This document shows, piece by piece, positions 57,630-64,000 of a stretch of 64,000 nucleotides of DNA; the stretch's first letter is position 1, and each line of letters starts with the position of its first letter. This DNA comes from Zygnema circumcarinatum SAG 698-1b. Its lineage: Eukaryota > Plantae > Zygnematophyceae. The translations under genes were made by a program, and so were the position numbers. The stretch lies in the NCBI GenBank assembly GCA_037447605.1, contig CM074809.1, positions 293,628-357,627 on the forward strand. Reading direction: 5' to 3'. The notes under the pieces are model-generated. The model was not told where the DNA came from, did no database searches, and saw only the letters and a list, made by a program, of their open reading frames with translations.

Positions 57630-60600
57630 TCACATATCATCCCCAGGGCGGTAGGGAATGGGAGAGGAGGGAGGCCTGAGATCAGGGAACATTGTGTAGG
57701 GGCTGAGGGGTCTGTTTGCATAAGGCAGATCGGTGGAGGACTTACCTTCCACCTTTGGAGAAGCATCCTCTTTCCCCCAAGGCCACGTGAACATCTTCTT
57801 TGGTGGGGGGGCTGGAGGGGCAGGCTTTGTCTCCGCAGCGGGAGAGGGAGCCACCCACTTCTGACGTGGAGGTACGGGAGTGGTGGTGCTAGTGGCAGTA
57901 GCCACTGCGGGAGCGGCTTCTACTGGAGGAGGAGGGGGCTCTTCAGTCTTCACAGCTGCAGGCTTCTCTGAAACTGCAGCTGTGAGAGATGCTTGGGGTG
58001 TTGGTGAAGTCGGTGGCTTCACATCTGGGTAGCTGCCATCACTCAAGCAGAGGAAGGGGTTGGTGGAGGGACGGGGAAGGTAGGGCCGATTAGAAGGAGA
58101 GGGGGAGGAAGAAGGGGAGGGGAAGGGGGAAAAACATGCTTATGCTGATTCTGATTCAATAATTCAAGGTTTCTTATCCGTTTCAGTGTCCTAGAGAGCC
58201 AAGGGTGCCAAAAGAAACTGCTTGGCCTTTAAAGGCAGGCAGAATGTTCATCATTGGAAGCGCTGCTCACATTTTTGTTTTGATTTGACAATTGCTAAGA
58301 AACAATGATATCAGAACTCACAGTGTGTAGGGTGAGAGGGGAGTTGGACTGGGAGGGAAGTCCGTTGAGCTTGTTGGAGCTGTTGCTTCAGTAACCTTCT
58401 CCTCCGTAATAGAACTGAGAGGCGAGGTATTAGGCAGTGGTGTTGGAGAAGTTGGAGGCTTCATGTCTTCGTACCTGCACATGTTTTAAAATAAGAGTTG
58501 CAAGTAAAGTAAACAACATGAAATCGGAAAGTTTGATCTAGAATAGAGGAACAGATTGTTTATGAACGAAAGAATCACTATTGGCTATGAATGACCAATA
58601 AACTCAGTTGTGACTAAACATGTCTGCTGAACTTCAACTAAGAAGCTCAAGCTCTTCTTCAATTCGATTATCTTTTCGTTTTCAAGAGTAGTTTCTGCCA
58701 CATTTCCTCCTGCAGCTCCTTAATCCGATTCGAAAGCGAGGGTCTGGGAGAGGGGGAGGAAGGGGAGGAAGGGGAGGAAGGGGAGGAATAGGATTATGCT
58801 GATTCTGATTCAATAATTGAAGTCTCAGTATCCTAAAGAGCAAAGGGTGTGAAAGTAAAACTGCTTGCAAGGTCCCTCTAAAGGCAGGCAGAATGTCCAT
58901 CATCAGAAGCACTGCTCACAACTTTTGTTTTGACAATTGCTAAGAAACAATGATATCAGAACTCACATTGTGTAGGGTGAAAGGGGAGATGGACTGGGAG
59001 GGAAGTCCGTTGAGCTTGTTGGAGCTGCTGCTTCAGTGACCTTCTCCTCCGTAATAGCACTGAGAGGCGAGGTATTAGGCAGTGGTGTTGGAGAAGTTGG
59101 AGGCTTCATGTCTTCGTACCTGCACATGTTTTAAAATAAGAGTTGCAAGTAAAGTAAACAACATGAAATCGGAAAGTTTGATCTAGAATAGATGAACAGG
59201 AACAAAAGAATCACGACTCGCTATGAATGACCAATAAACCCAGTCGTGACTAAACATGTCTGCTAAACTTCAGCTGAGAAGCTCAAGCTCTTTTTCGACT
59301 CGATTATTTCTCGGCTTCTTGAGTAGTTTGTGCTTCATTTCCTCCTGCAGCTCCTTAATCCGATTAGAACAGAGAGAGGGAGGCTGAAGGGAGAGAGAGA
59401 GGCTAAGAGGGAGTGGCTGGGAGGGGAGCTGGGAGAGGGGGAGGGAGAGGAGAGAAACAGGATTATGCTGATTCTGATTCAATAATTGAAGGTCTATCAT
59501 CCGTTTCAGTGTCCTAGAGAGCCAAGGGTGGGAAGTAAACTGCTTGCAAGAGTGCCCATCATCGGAGGCCCTGCTCACACTTTTTTTTGTGGACAATTGC
59601 TAAAAAAACAATGATGTCACAACTCACATTGTGTAGGGTGAGAGGGGAGTTGGACTGGGAGGGAAGTCCGTTGAGCTTGTTGCAGTTGCTGCTTCAGTGA
59701 CCTTCTCCTCAGTAGCAGCACTGAGAGGCGAGGTATTAGGCAATGGTGTTGGAGAAGTTGGAGGCTTCATGTCTTCGTACCTGCACATGTTTTAGAATAA
59801 GAGTTGCAAGTAAAGTAAACAATATGAAATCGGAAAGTCTGATCTAGAATAGATGAACAGGAACGAAAGAATCACTACTCGCTATAAATGACCAATAAAC
59901 TCAGTCGTGACTAAACATGTCTGCTAAACTTCAGCTGAGAAGCTCAAGCTCTTTTTCTACTCGATTATTTCTCGGCTTCTAGAGTAGTTTGTGCTTCATT
60001 TCCTCCTGCAGCTGCTTAAACCGATTAGAAGGAGAGGGGCTGGGAGTGAGGGAGAGAGAGGAGAGAAACAGGATTATGCTGATTCTGATTCAATAATTGA
60101 AAGCCTATCATCCGTTTCAGTGTCCTAGAAAGCCACGGGTAGGAAGTAAACTGCTTGCAAGGTCCCTTTAAAGGCAGAATGTCCACCTTCGGAGGCACTG
60201 CTCACACTTTTTTTTTGTTGACAATTGCTAAAAAACGATGATGTCAGAACTCACATTGTGTACGGTGAGAGGGGAGTTGGACTCGGAGGGAAGTCCGTTG
60301 AGCTTGTTGCAGTTGCTGCTTCAGTCACCTTCTCCTCAGTAGCAGCACTGACAGGCGAGGTATTAGGCAATGGTGTTGGCGAAGTTGGAGGCTTCATGTC
60401 TTCGTACCTGCACATGTTTCAGAATTAGGATACAAATAGTAGTATTGAAGGAAATTGCTTCTGTGTTCCGTAGCCCATCATCCGCAGACGTACATTGCAT
60501 ATGGTGAGAGCGGAGTTGGGCTCGGGGGAAAGTCGGTCGAATCTGCCGGGGCTGATTTTTCTTCAACAGAAGCTTGTGGAGGTGCACTTGCCGATGGTTC

Positions 60601-62461
60601 AGAGGATGCTGAGATTGTCTTTTCTTCCATTGAAGCTTTTGGGGAAGCTTGCTGCCATGGCCAACGGAATGCAGATGACTCCTGGGGAGCCGCAACAGTC
60701 TCATTTTCAAGCTTTTCCTTCTCTGACAATCTCTCTCTCTCTTCCGCCACTTCTTCTTCCTGCTTCTTCTTTGCTGCTGCTGCCTCAGCAGCAGCATTGG
60801 CCTTAGCCTCCTCCTCTTCCTTCTTTTTCTTCTCTGCAGCTTCAGCAATAGCCTTCACCTTTGCCTCTTCCTCTTCCTGCTTTTTCTTTTCTGCAGCTTC
60901 AGCAATAGCCTTCACCTTTGCCTCTTCCTCTTCCTGCTTTTTCTTTTCTGCAGCTTCAGCAATAGCCTTCACCTTTGCCTCTTCCTCTTCCTGCTTTTTC
61001 TTTTCTGCAGCTTCAGCAATAGCCTTCACCTTTGCCTCTTCCTCTTCCTGCTTTTTCTTTTCTGCTGCTTCAGCAATAGCCTTCACCTTTGCCTCTTCCT
61101 CTGCTCGCATTTTCTCCTCTGCATCTGCCTTCGCCTTAGCCTCTGCTGCCACCTTCTCCTCCTCCGCCTTCGCTTTAACTATGCGCTCTACCTCAGCCTT
61201 ATCCTCTGCCTCCCGCTTCGCCTTTCCCTCAACTTCCAACTTTGCAAGTTTTTCTTTCACCTTTTTCTCTGCAGCTGCCCTTGCCTCCTCAGCTGAGTTC
61301 ATCGGCTTCTTCTTCACCTGCACTGTCTCCTCGACTGCTTTGCTTTTCGAGATTTCTGTGGGAGTAACAACGTCCACAGTTGCCTTCTCTGCTGCCTTTG
61401 CCACTTCTGCAGCTTTACCCCATGGAGCGATGCTGCCAAATAGCTGCGACTTGCTTGCAGAGAGACTGTTGGTAGCTTTCTTGGAAGTGGTTTCCATCTC
61501 ACTCTGTGCAAAGGAAGCCCTCACTTTGCCCAAAACGGCATCCTTTTCCTGCGGACTCAACCTGCACGAGGATCGATCAACACCCATAAACAAGACAGAC
61601 GTTTCAGGCTTAAACCTTACAAAAAGAAAAGCAAAGATCTTCACGTGAAATAACGAAATCTTCTTGAATCTGTCATTGCGAATGGACAGATTCAAAAAGG
61701 GCAGAAGAGATTACATTTTCCCTTGCTTGGCCGCTGCCATAACCGCATCTTGCAGCGCCTTCAGCTCTTGTGCTGCTTGAGCAGCCGCTGCTGCCTTAGC
61801 TTTGAGCTCTTCTCTCCGTTTCTCCAGCTCTGCTTTCTCCGCAGCAGATGATTCTGCCTCTTCCTGAGCCACCTTCTGCTTTTCTTTAGCTGCCGCAAGC
61901 TCATCCGCTAACTTTGCCCTCAGGACTGCCTGCTTCTCCTGTGCTTGCTTGCGTTCTAATTCCGCCTTTTCTGCTTCACTTCGTTTTGCTTCAGCAATTC
62001 TCTCCTGTCAAGGATTCACATTGGACCGATAAGGATTCAGTCTCTTGAGAAGAACGTGGTTTCGGGCTAATGAAAGCCTTTTGCATGATGAAGAAAGTTT
62101 CGAGAAACATTCAAGTCCTAGTGCACTGGATAAGGTTAGACCATGATAGTCAGCAGAAAGAACAGCGAACAGCAAGTGAAGGAGAGGAACATAAATGGGA
62201 CAGGAACAAGAGGAAAACGAAGTTTACTTCTTGCTGCATTTGTGCTTCCAAAGCTTCCTGCTCTTCTTCTTGCTTTGCCGCTTCCTCCGCCTGCTTCCGT
62301 AGAAGCTCAAGCCTCTCTGCTTGTGTGGGCCCCACCACAGGGAGCTCTTCGAGCATCTCTTCAATGGAGCGCAGGGGAGCAGATGTTTCTGCCACAGCTT
62401 CAACCACCTTGTTTTCCGAAATCTCCGGGTTTTTCAGAATTGTGGAAATGAGCTCCGCAAT
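57630..62461 (-). CDS. TIC62: Tic62 (partial: end of the NAD(P)-binding domain, coiled-coil linker and six FNR-binding Ser/Pro motifs); 5' exons not in the window
   Basis: Exons 62461-62228, 62004-61715, 61561-60494, 60407-60255, 59780-59628, 59119-58967, 58474-58322, 58032-57630 are in phase. IAELISTILKNPEISENKVVEAVAETSAPLRSIEEML matches the end of the Tic62 Rossmann domain. PLSPY(T/A)(M/L)Y(E/P)D(M/V)KPPTSPTP occurs five times, plus a terminal RPLSPYTMFPDLRPPSSPIP, matching the Tic62/TROL FNR-binding motif. Confidence 0.85.
58033..60407 (-). repeat. Four tandem exon+intron duplication units (627-661 bp period) in Tic62
   Basis: Four 153-nt exons start at 60407, 59780, 59119 and 58474. The intron sequences are also visibly homologous (GATTATGCTGATTCTGATTCAATAATT, GACCAATAAACTCAG blocks). 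Confidence 0.92.
60812..61096 (-). repeat. 57-nt coding repeat (KVKAIAEAAEKKKQEEEEA) x5 in Tic62
   Basis: The unit recurs at 60841, 60898, 60955, 61012 and 61069 on the + strand. Confidence 0.9.
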
Positions 62462-62559
62462 CTGGCCAAACAGAAAACATAAAACTGAACATGAAAAATG
62501 CACAAAGCACTAATAAATTGCATATAGATGGTTGTGTTCCAAATTGGAGTCCTAGACTC

Positions 62560-63989
62560 AATGGCAAAGCGTAGTCGGTGTAAACCACTATTTGAGCGAA
62601 GCGTCAAAAAGGTGCTTATCGTAGTGCAAGCAAGCACCTGCTAGGAAATACTCAAATTATCAAATCGCTTTCACTGATGTTTATCAAGTGCTTATTTTGC
62701 TTCCAGTTGAAAACAAACCTTACATACGAAAAGGCTTGGACTCGGGGAAGCACGCTTTACAGAACAGAAAGCTTACGAGTTTTGCAGATGAATATTAGGT
62801 CAAATCGCCCGCACGCTGCTATGGCTGTATCTACATTAGTCTGCTCTTTGATGAGGGCGAAGCCTGTAAACGCTAAGCTGCCTCGCCCATAGATATTACC
62901 ACCGGCTGTTAGCTCGCGCGAAGCCGTCAAAACTTGAACGAGGCTCGTTGCTAGGGTAGGTTGCGTGTGTTAGACGGCTAAAGGTCGACGACCAACGGTA
63001 AAACAAGTGACTGAAACACCGAAGCGCCCCCCCCCAAAAAAAAAGCTTTGATTCTTAGCTTCTTTGCTCGTAGGTGACTTCTTCACCGTCAGTAGGGCAC
63101 TTCATCGCAGCGACGTTTGTGACTACCCTCCGTAACCAGTTTCACGACTCAATCACTTGTAGCTCGGCGCTAGACACTCAGCGCTCAACGCTTAGCGCTC
63201 TGTTCAGTCACTTGTTTCAAGGTGTTCTGTTGGTGGGCCGTTGCCTTCGGTCACAGCGCTCGCTTCGCTCACTGCGCTCGTCGCTAGCTTCGCTCGCAAG
63301 TTCCGCGCTCGGTGAAACAAGCTACCGAAGGTAGCCCGGCTTGAGCAAGCGAACGAAGTGAGCGCCGCGCGAACAAGTTTGCTTGTTTCACCGTGAGCGA
63401 GCTTGTTTCACGCTTTGCTCTTAAAGCGAAGTAAGCTACCTACGGTTAGAACTAGCAACTTACCGAAAGCAAATCCGTAAAGAAATCGCTGCTATATTTT
63501 GTTTTGATAGGCAAGCCTTATGACCTATGAACGTCGAGAGCGGAAAAAAGTCACAAGCTTCTAACCGATTTATCGACTTGAAGCACCAGAGACCAAGCAG
63601 CACATATAGATGCTTCGGAATAAGGCGCGAAGCAAGCAAAGTGCTAAACTCTACTTGCTCCGCATACAGGCACTGATCACACAAGTGCTTTCGAATCAGT
63701 ATCCCGATTCATAAACAAAAAGCTTAACAATAAAACAAAATAAAGTCGATTATCTACGAAAAAAGAAACAAAATCCCAAAGGCCTATAATGGTTATAAAT
63801 ACAGTTAAACCTATAAGCATAACTAGAGCATAATGGTACACAAAACCACTTTGTATTGCACTCATTTGTGCTGCTAGTTTGCGAAATGTAGAGCCAATGC
63901 CAAAGGGACCCAAAATTTCAAAAACACCTTTATCTAGTGTTTTAAAAGACACTTCATAACCAAACCATAGAATAGGCGCGATCACAAAT
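62560..63989. other. Mitochondrial-derived DNA segment (nad5 3' end plus intergenic DNA with small inverted repeats)
   Basis: Contains the nad5 fragment and hairpin-forming elements (GGTGAAACAAGC/GCTTGTTTCACC, GCTACCGAAGGTAGC, GCGCTCGCTTCGCT) typical of streptophyte mitochondrial spacers. The left boundary is approximate. Confidence 0.7.
63677..63989 (-). CDS. nad5: Mitochondrial NADH dehydrogenase subunit 5, C-terminal fragment (NUMT or mis-joined mtDNA)
   Basis: FGYEVSFKTLDKGVFEILGPFG...IQSGFVYHYALVMLIGLT...VDNRLYF is the conserved plant nad5 C-terminus. The frame is open up to the gap at 63990. Confidence 0.92.
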
Positions 63990-64000
63990 NNNNNNNNNNA

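Noticed and set aside
63460-63684. 74-aa ORF downstream of nad5
   Set aside because: It has no resemblance to a mitochondrial gene and lies in repeat-rich spacer.

Overview
Intron-rich eukaryotic nuclear DNA from a green plant lineage. By inference it is a non-vascular streptophyte, probably a charophyte or zygnematophycean alga, based on plant-type genes, a bryophyte/charophyte-like mitochondrial nad5 fragment, and introns filled with GA/CT, CATG and telomere-like repeats. I reconstructed eight spliced nuclear protein-coding genes by hand from GT-AG sites and phase continuity: a HAD/HDHD3-like hydrolase (+), a TBC1D15-like RabGAP (-), a DUF971/GBBH-N protein (+), a PII1/MRC-like starch-initiation coiled coil (-), a three-domain GT8-GT64-GT61 glycosyltransferase-like fusion (-), CP12 (-), a secreted ricin-B/papain/2xEGF/4xLysM mosaic protease (+), and the 3' part of Tic62 with six FNR-binding motifs (-). 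Also present: an intronic tRNA-like cloverleaf with a broken B box in an apparently non-coding spliced gene, nested DNA transposons (Tc1-type MITEs carrying a hAT MITE and a decayed Ty3/gypsy element), a long-TIR foldback element, intronic telomere-like arrays of two motif types (TTTAGGG and TTAGGG), several mini/microsatellites including about 1.6 kb of (CT)n, and mitochondrial DNA (nad5 3' end) joined to a Tic62 intron. There are six 10-N scaffold gaps. Most long ORFs in the supplied track are repeat translations. All family assignments are motif recognition by eye; no searches were run.
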